Assembly: GCA_002245135.1 (NCBI GenBank)
Contig: NGBS01000586.1
Coordinates: forward strand, 124,001 to 188,000
Source: Proteromonas lacertae
Taxonomy: Eukaryota
Direction of reading: 5' to 3'
Length of the DNA stretch: 64,000 bases
Part shown: positions 24,559 through 36,557 of the stretch, piece after piece
How positions within the stretch are numbered: position 1 is the first letter of the stretch
Layout of the letters: every line of letters starts with the position of its first letter
Translations under genes and position numbers: made by a program
The notes under the pieces: model-generated
The model's database searches: none
The model's input: the letters and a program-made list of their open reading frames with translations, nothing else
What the model was told of the DNA's origin: nothing

Positions 24559-27175
24559 TTAACTTGATAATGTAGGAATATCTGAAATATTCAATACATC
24601 ACAGTAACTTACAATTTTACCATATCCAGTCCTACACAATCCATTCAAACTACTTCCACTTAGGAACTTCTTGTCAAAAACAGCTTCAATATATCCAGTA
24701 CTAGGATGAATACCAACTACAGTACCTTTTAATCCAAATGGAATATTATTTCTACCTAGCGATATGATCCTACTACCTAATTTAGGAATTAAACTATTAC
24801 AAACAACATTTTCAAACAACTCAGATTGACCAACTAACTTAGTCTCATTCAAATTAACAGTAATTCTTTGTTTTGTCAAGTTCTTCTCAAGCATTTCAAC
24901 GGCTTTAGTAGAATGTTCTAGAATTTTCATCTGATTAGTAGTAAACAACATACTATTGGCTGGAATTAATCTTATATTTGTATAAGCTAATGTTTGTTTC
25001 CATTTACATATTTCTTCAACATATATTTTCCCTTCTCTTCCCCACGTTTTATTACTATCAAAATATACAAAATCAGAATTCTCTAATAAATCAATAACAT
25101 CATAATATCGATTAACATATAATTGAATAACATTATAAGCATCACTTGATAAGAAATAAGAATGCATTATATTGTTAAAATTATCAGTATTATTACCATT
25201 TCCATTCTTATTATTACTGTTGCTGTCATTCTCAATCAATTGTCCTGATATCAATAATGAAGTCTCTTTTGGATCTTTCCAACAATCATTATTATAATTT
25301 CTCTTATCATATTTCATTGATATATATCCAGGTAAAATATACCAACTATTATTTTTATGAATCATCATATTCAAGCCAACATCAAACTCTCTATCAAATA
25401 CGACACTTCCTAATATTCTAAATAATGCTTTGGGTGATATTTTTAACTTATGACATGCATCTTTTGGACTCATCATTTCAGTTTGAGCTGATTTTAATAA
25501 GGTGTAGCCAAATTTTGGCTCATTATATTCAGATACTTCTAAATCAACAGTTACACTCAATTTACTACTATCTACTGATAGTATTTTTCCTTCTTTACCA
25601 TAAAGTAATGTATTATTTTTATAATAAATTGGTTCAGTGATTATTATTTTATCATTTACATGGAATTTATCCACAAATGGAATATTTGTAGGTGGTAAAA
25701 ACTTTGGATTTTCATTATAAGATATTAATTCATAAGGGAATATTAAAGGTTCAGATGAATATTTCCATTGTCTTATACTATTGATTTCAGTTATTCCAAT
25801 AACTGGATATACTTCACATATACAACTTATATTCTGGATATTCACACCACCTGTTCCTAGTTGATGTTGAAATCCTTTTAACCAATTATCTTGTAAGAAT
25901 ATTACTGTTTGATGGTAATTGTCTTGTTCTCTTGGATTCATATTTTCTACCACTAAATCGTGGAAAATATTTGGCAGTAAAGTATGATACTTTGTGAAAT
26001 ATTGAGGATAATAATATTTCTTCGTGGGGAATGTGATTTTAGTGATAATACCAGGGAAGGTGGATGGATAACCACAGGAACAATGATATCCTAATACAGT
26101 CGACACTTGAGAATGAGAGAGTGGTGGAGTTAATAAATCAACAATAACAGTTTCCTTTCGACTAGGAATACCGAAAATATTAATAGATATAAAATCACGA
26201 TAAAGTGATATTGGAATATTGTATAAAGATGGTAAACCATTGTTACGATTGTTGATGAAATATTTTGGATCAATGACGGGTAAATTTCGAGGATCAGGTA
26301 AACGCATTTCTAATTTTTTACAGTAAACTCTACAGTGATCAATACTTGGCATTACAGATTCAACTGGTGAAGATAGTGGATAAGGATCTAGTGTAAAATC
26401 GTATCTATATTCCATTGTATAATAATTACAATGATTTCTTAAATTCTCAGTGTCATTTACACTTTTATCAGGTTTATATTCTTCTACTACTTCCATTATT
26501 CTTTTAATATCAATAAATGGTATTAATTCTACACCTTCCCAGTCATTTACTTTACCATTTGGATCAATATCAAATGTCTCAGGATAATACTCTTTTAATG
26601 GTGATTTTGGATCAGTCATTAGCCAATGATAGGATGTTGGTAATAATTTACAACTTTGAGGAGGTAAACAACATAATAACTGGATAAATGGATCTACTGG
26701 ATTACCCACTTTAAATGTAATGTCTTGATAATCAAGGATATATTCAGATAGATCACTGAACATCGGAGCATAATGGTAAGGATAAAACCAATCCCAAGAA
26801 GGACAACCTCTATAATAGTAATTATATACCCAAAATAAACCATCAATATAAGATTGTACTATCTTTTTCCTATTAACTACATCTTCTGGATCAATATTGA
26901 ACTTTTCTAAGTAATATACATTCTTCATAGATGCATTACTACCTAGCTTATTCATAATTTGACGTTTCAATTCATCTTCTCTTTGGAATTTACTGGCTTG
27001 AGCTTTATTACGAGGATGATTATGTGTTTTTTCTAAAGATGATTGTATTTGAATCATTGATTCTTCTTCTATTACTCCTAATTGAGAAAAGAGTCGTTTC
27101 ATCATTGCTTTGTTTGGTAAACCATTTTCTAAGATATATTGACCTTTGAAGTTGGGTAAAATATTTCTATTCATT

Positions 27176-27207
<32 letters not shown>

Positions 27208-28184
27208 TACTTATATATTTCCAACATCTTATCTAAACTTCCTTGTTTAATATCCAATGAAGGTAATTCAGGAATAAAATCATTTCCACATAATGTAATT
27301 AAGAATGTAAAATCATCAATAATCCTCTCCAAATCATATTCACCTGAAGCTATAGCTGGTACATTAGGATCTTTAGATGGTAAATCGCTTAATATATCAC
27401 ATTGTATATATTCACGAAGTAAGGAAATATGGGTAAATTGCCAAGTCTTTGACTTGATCTCTCGAGTTGTGACTTTTGTGACATTTTTGAAACTTAAAAA
27501 ATCGATCTGTTCACGGAGTAATACGAAATTTGACATATGTAATGATAAACTTAATATTATTAAATCTGCATCTAAACCATAGATACAGTGATAGGAAGTT
27601 GGATCTAATTGATTCTTTCTTTTTTGTTCTCTTATAAACTCCATTAGCTTGTGTTCACCTTCACCAGGTACATCATATCCACTGTATATTACATCTAAAT
27701 TGTGCCATAATCTTTCAGTTTCTATTTTATAAGCAATCATGTATTTCAGATTTCTATCAAGGTTTTGCATGAACTCTGTTCCTGGTGTAATGCAATTTGA
27801 ATCGAATAAATCTTGACTTTCTCCTTTATTGTATTTCTTACTGGCAGCTTGCTCTTCTTGCAATTCTTTTGCTGCACGAAATCTTCTCTTACGTTGTTGG
27901 TTTACTTTTGCTCGTGGTGGAACACCATCTATAGCAATGTAAAGTAACTTCTTTGGTTTAACCATTGAAAGTATTACTTCAATGTAACCAACAACAGCAG
28001 CAGCTACATCACTATCGCTTGGCTTCAATCTCACTTCATGACCAGAATGTGTTGCATTATGGATTATACCATTTACATCGAGGTAAAGATAATCTATATT
28101 AATGTTGAACTCATTTTGGTCAACAGCTTGATTGATTAATGGATATCTTTCGGATAACCATCTATAGAACTTTGGAATACCCAT
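24559..28184 (-). CDS. XRN1: 5'-3' exoribonuclease XRN1
   Basis: MGIPKFYRWLSERYP, DGVPPRAKVNQQR, PGEGEHK, WFYPYHYAP and C-terminal PFGLKGTVVGI. One intron at 27167-27210. Confidence 0.95.
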
Positions 28185-28273
28185 ATTAGTTGCAGATTTT
28201 AATTAATTTTAAAACTGACTTGATTTGATTAATCAAACCTATTTGAATAAAATAAAACCAATTTTCTCACTGT

Positions 28274-28531
28274 ATGAGTTCTGATTCTTCAAAGGTATAT
28301 GTTCAGAACGATGATGATGCTGCATTTTCGTATTTAAAATCTAATTTGGATCAAAATGGATCAAAAGTTGATTATACATCACAAATCATTTGGTTATTCA
28401 TATTATTATTGTTTGAAATAATAATAATAGCAATTTTATGGGAAAAGTACAAGAATGTAATGAGTAAACACATTGTTCCAGGTATATCTGTTATTTTATT
28501 ATTAATAGCTCCTCCACCAAAAGAAGATTAG
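28274..28531 (+). CDS. Small single-pass membrane protein
   Basis: TM IIWLFILLLFEIIIIAILW. Probable 27-nt in-frame intron at 28482-28508. Confidence 0.6.
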   Translation: MSSDSSKVYVQNDDDAAFSYLKSNLDQNGSKVDYTSQIIWLFILLLFEIIIIAILWEKYKNVMSKHIVPGISVILLLIAPPPKED

Positions 28532-28625
28532 TTATTTTTTGTTATTTGTGATTTATAAATATTTATTTATTCATTCTGTTTTTTGTGTGATATGTTTGAA
28601 CAAATTATACTCTTAATCATTTTAA

Positions 28626-30887
28626 CTATTTATTTTTATTATTATTTATATTATAATAACATTTTTTAATAAAATTGTTTATTTCACTACTATATATTTC
28701 ATCATCATCACCATATTCTAATGCTTTTTTGAATGATTTTAGAGCTGGTTTATATTGTTTCTATTTTAACAATAAATAATGTTAATAAATCATACAAGAT
28801 GATAGAAACATTCTCCAATCAGTCTGTGCATTTCAAATATTGTCTCATAACTTGTTGTTGATGAATATTTCATTGATTTTTTTAATGCATTTAACGATTG
28901 ACCATATTTTTTCTATATATATATAAATGTATAGAATATATACTTTAGAATAATTGGATTTACCAATATATCTATAAATCTCACATTTCATTTCATCATC
29001 TACATCTGATGAACATTTTAATGATTCTTTTAATGATTCAATTGCTTTATCATATTTTTTCTATTTATATGTAGAAATATTATATTTTATTATGTTATAC
29101 AACAAAATAATAAGATTGACCAATTAGTTTATATATATCACATATTACACTTTCATCCTCTTCTGATGAATAATCTAATGAAGCTATTAGTGATTCTATT
29201 GCTTCATTATATTTTTCCTATTTAAATAAACATATATAAAAAGAATAATATACAAGTTTGTAATAGCATTCTCCTCTATATCTGTAAATATGGAATTTAG
29301 TATTATAATCTACTTCCGATGAATATTTCAGCGATTTGTTTAGTTGTTTTATTGCTTGATTATATTCCATCTTTACATATATTCATTTATAATAACAATG
29401 ATCTATATACCAGACAATAATAAGCAAAACCAATGTTTCTATATATTTCACATCTCAATTCATTTTCTATTCCTGATGAATACATCAATGACTGTTTTAA
29501 TGCTGCTATTGATTCATTAAATTCATTCTATTAGATTAATAAATACAATCATCTATACCAATTCATAATATGATCTTGCCATACATTTATATATTTTACA
29601 TTTTGTTATATTATTTATACCTGATGAATATTTTATTGATTCATTTAACGATATTAGAGAGTCATCATACTTTTTCTATAAAGTATTATAAATATAAATA
29701 AATATATAATCATACCAGTTCATAATATGAATAACCTAAATACTTATAAACTTCACATTTCATTTCATCATCCTCTTTATATGAATATCTTAACGAATTT
29801 TGAAATAATGTTATTGCTGTATAATAGTCTCCCTATTCATCATTAATACAATGTAAATATATACAATATCGTATTTAGCTTTACCTAATTCATAATAGTA
29901 AGTAAAAGGATCTGGATTAATTTGAGGTTGTATTATTTTCAACATTTCATCTATTCTCTCTACCATTTCTATTCCTTCTACTTCTACTTCTGCTTCTACT
30001 TCTTCTGCTTCTTCTACTGTTACTCGAAGATAAATGCTTGACTGAATTTCTATAAAAATAATAGTAAAGTATATTTATATATTATACTTTCAATTTCTTC
30101 TTTTAATTCATTAATCGATATTCTATCACTTGCATTTATCTTCAATAGTTTCTCTATTAATGGATTTAATACTTCATCAAATTCACACTCAAGATAATAA
30201 TATCTACAATTCATTATCTTTACTATTATTTCCTTTGCAGATTCTCCTCCAAATATTCTATTTCCACTTTTTAAGTAATATATCAAACAACCAATTGACC
30301 AAATATCACTCTTCTCACTCAATTCTTCATTTAATATCATCTCTGGACTTAACCAAATTATGTCATTTATTTCAAATTTTACATTTTTAGTTAATAGATA
30401 AGAAAAATAATCACTAAAATAATAATAACCATTTTTATCATCTACGAATATATTTGAAGGCTTCAAATTCCCATATATCAATCCATTTGCATGAAATATA
30501 CCAATAAATTCACAGATTGCATTCAATACGTCTTCTATTCCATTTTCAGCAAAATACTCTAACACTTTTATACTCTCTAAACTATTATTATATTTTAACA
30601 TTTTTATTGTTATAGTATTAATATCTTCTTTTATATCTTCTATTTTACACATGTGAGGGATGTATAATTCATTCACTTTCTTTAAACTATTCTTATACTT
30701 CTCTTTATCTTCTTTTAACACATTTTCAGTATTAAATATTTTGATTATTCTTATCTTATTACTCTTGTCTTCTTTAACTTCGAAAGTTGAACAATGATCT
30801 CTCTTGGATAATTCTATCATCATCTATCGTTTTATAAATAACAGCATATACAGAATATCCCTCAGATTTTGATGATCTACATCCCAT
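28626..30887 (-). CDS. N-acylated pseudokinase with a C-terminal array of 39-aa TPR-like repeats, one per exon
   Basis: MGCRSSK start with intron 30824-30851. Kinase fold with YGNLKPSN, DYF, WLSPE and KSDIWSIG. Seven 117-nt exons encode TPR-like repeats. Confidence 0.85.
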
Positions 30888-31041
30888 TGTAAAGTTTGAA
30901 GCAATGTATTACAAAACGGTTCAATTTTCACTAAATATTTGGATAATCATCTCTATAAAGAGTGATACAATGTATGATTGAAATAGATATATTGTTTTTA
31001 ATTTATTTAAATTCACCAAAAACATAATAATAATATCTTAA

Positions 31042-32174
31042 TCATAGAACAGGAGCATTGTCATCTTCATCAGTAGGTCCTGGAGTTTTAGCTATATTTT
31101 GATCTTCATCTACATTATTTACACCATTTACAGGAATAACTGGAATATTTTCATCATCATTTACACCTTCACTATTGTTATTCACATTCTCATTCTCTTC
31201 ATTACTCTTTGGCTTTGGTGTTATAGTGATATTCTGTGTCAAAGGTCTTGGCAATACATTTTCACTGATTAATTCTTCACTTACAATATTCTCAATATTT
31301 GGAGGTATAGCAACTATATATATTAATATTATATATATACATAGTGTTTTACCATGTGTCAATCTATTCTCATAAGGAATCATATGAAAGTATCCTGTTC
31401 CAATTTCGATTCCACAGATTCCTTTACCACCCCAATTATAATCAGGTGTTAAGAAACACTATTTAAAAAAAAATATATATATATATATAATAAACAATAT
31501 ACTTTTCTCACTGTATCCGTTTTAGTACTATATACATACAGTTGTATTTGTTTATTTAAATTATTTTCCAACAATGTTAGAAATTCACTATAGCCATATA
31601 TTTCTTCTTCTGTTGTTCCTAATATATAATCATATTCTGGCTCTAATTCCGCTAATTCACCTGGAGAATGAGGTTCTATTTTCTATTCAAAAATATATTA
31701 AAAATAATTCTATAAATACTGTTACATGAAGCATATCTTTATCATTTATCTTGTGTTTATCATATTTAATTGACATTCCTAATAGTGACTTACCTCCCCA
31801 ATTCATAGATGGATGAATATCAACATCTCTATAAGATTGGCTTTTCCAATTGTATATTGTCAATCTGACAGTTCCTTCCTTATTATCATCCATTGTACGC
31901 CTTAAAATATTGTTTGATGGGCTCTATGAATGTAATAAATATGATTTTGTCATACAACTTCAAGATCGTTTGCTTTTACGATAAAATCAAAATAAGTTAT
32001 CAAGTCAGCTTTTGCTGCAGGAGATTGCTCGTATATATCTAACACCCTATAACCATATGGAGGATCTTGTGGAGCATTATCCTAAAAAATAGTGGCAACA
32101 TGAAGATATATCAATACTATGTATGAATTTGCATTAAAAAACCCACTGAAATATGAGGAAACGCTTGAAAACAT
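31042..32174 (-). CDS. GRASP: Golgi reassembly-stacking protein (GRASP55/65 family); multi-exon
   Basis: GYRVLDIYEQSPA, WGGKSLLGMSI, PHSPGELAEL and WGGKGICGIEIGTGYFHMIP. Confidence 0.92.
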
Positions 32175-32308
32175 CAAAATTAATTGGAGGGATCAAGCTT
32201 TTAGGTTTGAGAGTGAGTTTTGTTTAAATAATCAAAAAAAACAACCTTAATTGCAATTACATTACGAGATTATGTTATACAAATATAAGACAGCATATTT
32301 TACTATTG

Positions 32309-33693
32309 TTAAGCCAAACAATTCAACGTATTTTGAATATCCATTCTTGCCCATTCATGTACTTTTGTTTGTTCAGATTTTTCATAATTTGTCTCTCCAG
32401 TCAATAGTGTTTCTAAACACCATCTCATTGCATAACAAGATTCAACAATATTATAACCTCCTTCTAATACTAAAACAGTTTTTGAACAGAGTTTTAAACA
32501 TTGATAAGTCATCCAAGAATAAACTAATAAAAATATAATTTAATAAAATACATTTTGGTGTTAAAAGAGATTCTCCAGTTGGATCATAAGTAACAGCATC
32601 AAATCCACAGGATATTAAAATCAAATCAGGTTTGAACTCTGAACATTGAGGAATAATAATCTGTTCAAATGCTTCTTGATAATCTTTATCATTTGCACCT
32701 TTTTTTGACCAAGCAATATTAATATATTTACTATAAAATAAAAACATATATATATATATATATACTTTTTGATAGTTGCTGAAGAATCACCAGTCTTTAA
32801 ACCAGGATAGAACTTACCATTTTCATATCGATGGATGGATATAAACAATATATAATCATTATTATGATTAACTAAACAATCATAAGTTCCATTACCAAAA
32901 TGTATATCCCAATCGATAATTACAATCTTTAAAGATGGATGGGAATGACTTATAGATAATGAAGCTATTGCAATATTATTATAACTATTTAAATAATAAA
33001 ATAAATATATATAATAATATTTTATACATGCAAAATCCCATTGTTTTATTTGATTCTGAATGATGTCCTGGAGGTCTTAAAAATGCTATTCCACTATCAT
33101 ATTTATTGTTTATAACTTTATTAATCAAATCAATTAATGTACCAGCACATATTTTTGTTAGTTTTAATGATAATTCATTGATTGTTACATCTTTACTATC
33201 AGCTATTAAAGATTCAACTCTTTTGATTAGATCTAAAGAATGTGCATAAGATACTTCCTCATCTGTTACTGAACGAAGTGATAATAAATGACACAATTGC
33301 CATAGTTTGAGATATGTTAAGTATGATTTCATGTATTCTAATCTTTCTGGTCTTTCTATTGGAGTTCTTTGTTTTGCTGATTGTGGATTTCTGAATCCTT
33401 TCATTGATGAATTATAGATTATTCCTACTTTGTTGATTGGATTTATATTAGAGGGAGGATATTTAGACTGTATGAATTCTTTGATATTTCTTCTGGGAGA
33501 ATGACAAGCTTCACATTCATCAGAATTTACATTAATTAAGGTACCTAGTTGATAATTACATAGTATATACAGTTTGTACAAGTCCATTCGTCATATGAGT
33601 CAATGTATTTCTTTCGCTTTGTATTATCACCTAAGGTTGATCTCTATATACAAATAAATATTTTTATTAAATTGATACTGTTGCTCTCTTCAT
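32309..33693 (-). CDS. Class II histone deacetylase with an N-terminal RanBP2-type zinc finger
   Basis: Spliced WTCTNCTLINVNSDECEAC, plus ERPERL, RPPGHH, MGFC, DWDIHFGNGT, SCGFDA and LEGGY. Confidence 0.9.
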
Positions 33694-33753
33694 AATACCA
33701 TAGATACAAGCAAAAAGAAGATGAATTAAGCTTGAGAAGCTTGATTTATAAAA

Positions 33754-33943
33754 ATGAATAATGAAGCGAACTTAGAGGTATTATCACATTTATATATTTT
33801 TTAGAAGAAAAAGGAAATAAAAAAGAGTCTAGATCACAAGCCACAGATGTATTTAATAAGTACATCTTCTATACACGTATGTTGTTTCATATCCTCTTAT
33901 TTATATTTAGAACAATCCGATTATACCAACACTACCACAATAA
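33754..33943 (+). CDS. Candidate 42-aa microprotein with three exons
   Basis: Phase-0 introns 33778-33804 and 33877-33910 give MNNEANLEKKKEIKKSLDHKPQMYLISTSSIHNNPIIPTLPQ*. Confidence 0.55.
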
Positions 33944-34058
33944 TAAAAATTAAATATATTTTTAATTCACTTTATTTGTTTGTTATAAGGATTTAGTTCT
34001 CTTCAAAAAAAAGTAAAAGTAAAATACAAGTATTTCCCACACTCTATTTCTCTCTTCC

Positions 34059-36132
34059 TTAAGAAGAATCTTCCTGTGGTGAAGGAAATACATCATTAAA
34101 ATCAAATGTCGTCTTCAATCCTGAACTAAGTGTATTTGTGTTATTCATAGCATTTAACAATACATTGGGTGTTGTACTCATCTGATTAGGAGTTAACATA
34201 TGAGTTGGACTAAATGCGAAGGTATAATCAGCCCAAGGTGATCTTAATGGAGTAGGCAAGAGAGGTAATGGCCTTTGTATTGATGATGATGATGATGATG
34301 TAGCTGTATTAATATTCAATGAATTAGGATTATTCTGCAAAATATTCGATAATTGAACAGATTGAGGATTTTGTGATTGTTGGTTTTGAGTTTGGTTTTG
34401 TATTTGGTTTTGCTGTAATAATATATCAGATTGTAATTGCTGAAATTGTTGTAACTGCTGAACTTGTTGTTGAGCTTGTTGTATTTGTTGTTGTTGTTGT
34501 TGTTGTTGAAGTGTTTCATCACCAGTAGTTGGAAGACCATCAGACTTTTCTTCAGGATTTAATGACAAAGTTAAACCTAATTTACGTCTCTTATGATGTT
34601 CTTCAGATATATTATTATTATTATTATCGAGTAGTAGTTGAGATGATTGTGTTGGAGTCGGAGTAGGTAATTCATTTCGATTTATCTCAAACTCTGATTT
34701 GATTGATGATAATAGATCATTGCTATTATCATTATTGTGTGGAGTTCGTGGTGATATTGGCATTTGATATGGTTGTTGTTGTTGCTGCTGTTGTTCTAAT
34801 TTCACTTGTAATGATATTGTTTTTCTTTTCTGTCTTGTTTTTATTTTATCATTATTATTATTAATATTACTATTATCTTCAGTTTTTATTATTGTTGTTG
34901 ATGTAGTTGTTGTTGTATTATCGTCATTTGGTAAAATCATTGGATTATTACTAACAGGTGATGATAATAATGGAGGATTAGAATCAGTTAATGAAGATGG
35001 TTGTGGTGGAGGAGGTGATTGAGATGACTGTTGTTGTTGTTGTTGTTGTTGTTGCATTGCTTGCATCTGTTGAAAATATAACAAATAGTTATTAGATTGC
35101 AGCATTAATGGTAGATTAAAAGGAATAGGGAAGTTTGTTAGATTGTTATGATTAGTGTTATCTCCCTGTTGATTATTATTATTATTATTATTACTTAACA
35201 GATTTGTTGTTGTTGTTGTCGCAATATTTGCAGTTGTTGTTGTTGATGATGATGATGTTGAATTAGAAGGTGGTGGAGGTTGTTGTTGTTGTTGTTGAGA
35301 TAATAATACATCTTGGGATAATATAACAGGTGTTTGTGAGGAATCTTTAATTAGGGTTGACCTTCTTCTACTCTTCTTTCGAGGTAAGTCAATTGTTGGT
35401 AATGTTTCTAGTTTTTGCTTTAATTTTGATCTGAATTCTGAATTATTGGCTTGTAGTTCGTTTACGAGTGATAAATCGATCATTTCTGAGGAGGTCGCTG
35501 TAAGATTGTGTAATCTAACTAACTGGCTGTCTGGCTCTAAACCGTTGATCTTACATTCTTCTATCATCTCTTTTGCACAGAGCTTTGCTGCTGTCATGTA
35601 TTTTTGTAACTCTATTTGAGATAATTATTAGTAATTATACGAGCTAATGATGCTGCTGGCTTTCTTCCTTTTGATTTACCATTGGAATCTCTTCTTTTAC
35701 CGACTTTAGAACATAAATTTAATTGCCTTGCATTCTTTCTCATCACACTATACCAATGATTCTTAATACAGTTGTCAGTTCTTCCTGGCAATAATTTAGC
35801 TATATCTGACCAAGAATTACCCATCTGACGTTGAGCAGAGTATAAAATTTCATCTTCTTCAGGAGACCAAGGATTTTTGTTGATGGCAGGGTCTATGAGT
35901 AAATATATCTTATTAAATATATACCTAAATGATTATGCCATCGTTCTCTGCATTGTTTTCCTGATCGCTGAGCAGTTCCAGTTAGGCGCGCAAGATTATC
36001 GGCAATAACAGACCAACTTTTTGTGCCATGTTGCTTCACTAGGTCTGTTATAAATTTATCTTCTTCATCTGTCCAGGGACGTCTATAAATAATAAAAATG
36101 AGGTTTAAGTAACATGTATCATACCTTTCCAT
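34059..36132 (-). CDS. R2R3-Myb transcription factor with a Gln/Asn-rich tail
   Basis: WTDEED...RSGKQCRERWHNHL and GNSWSDIAKLLPGRTDNCIKNHW. Confidence 0.93.
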
Positions 36133-36269
36133 TTTATTTATAACTTATATATTTAATTTATTAATAACTTGGAAGTATCTAAATAGTTTAATGAGAATAG
36201 GAAAGAAATTGGAGCAAAAAAAATTAGATTTAAAATTAGGCTTGAGTCTGATCTTGATCATTTTTTAAT

Positions 36270-36525
36270 CCATTGATTCTGTAGCAAGTAGAGGATATAA
36301 TGATTCAATCTGCTGATATATCTCAATTATATATTGATATCCTTGCAGAATATTAGTATTGCTTGATTGTCCAACACCATACTTCATTAACTCCCTGTTT
36401 AGTTTTTCATTACTATTTTTTCTCCGTTGGAATAAATGAATCAATAGTAGGTGAAATATATGTCTCTTTTTCATAAAAGAAGATTAGTTTTAAATTCTCA
36501 CAAACTAACAGGAATAAAACAATTC
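36270..36525 (+). ncRNA. Candidate structured non-coding RNA, family unknown
   Basis: Several nested helices with G-U pairs on the plus strand (details in findings). Confidence 0.45.
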
Positions 36526-36557
36526 TATATGTATGTATCATTTTATATTTAGTTATT

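Noticed and set aside
33976..33983. Blastocystis-style stop codons created by polyadenylation (TGTTTGTT motif)
   Set aside because: The motif and other GT-rich tracts occur after genes, but every complete gene model here has a genomic TAA, TAG or TGA.
36265..36474. 69-aa minus-strand ORF as an extra Sec7 exon (for example FYVE)
   Set aside because: The Sec7 frame already stops at 36558, no domain motif is present and the region is better explained by plus-strand RNA structure.
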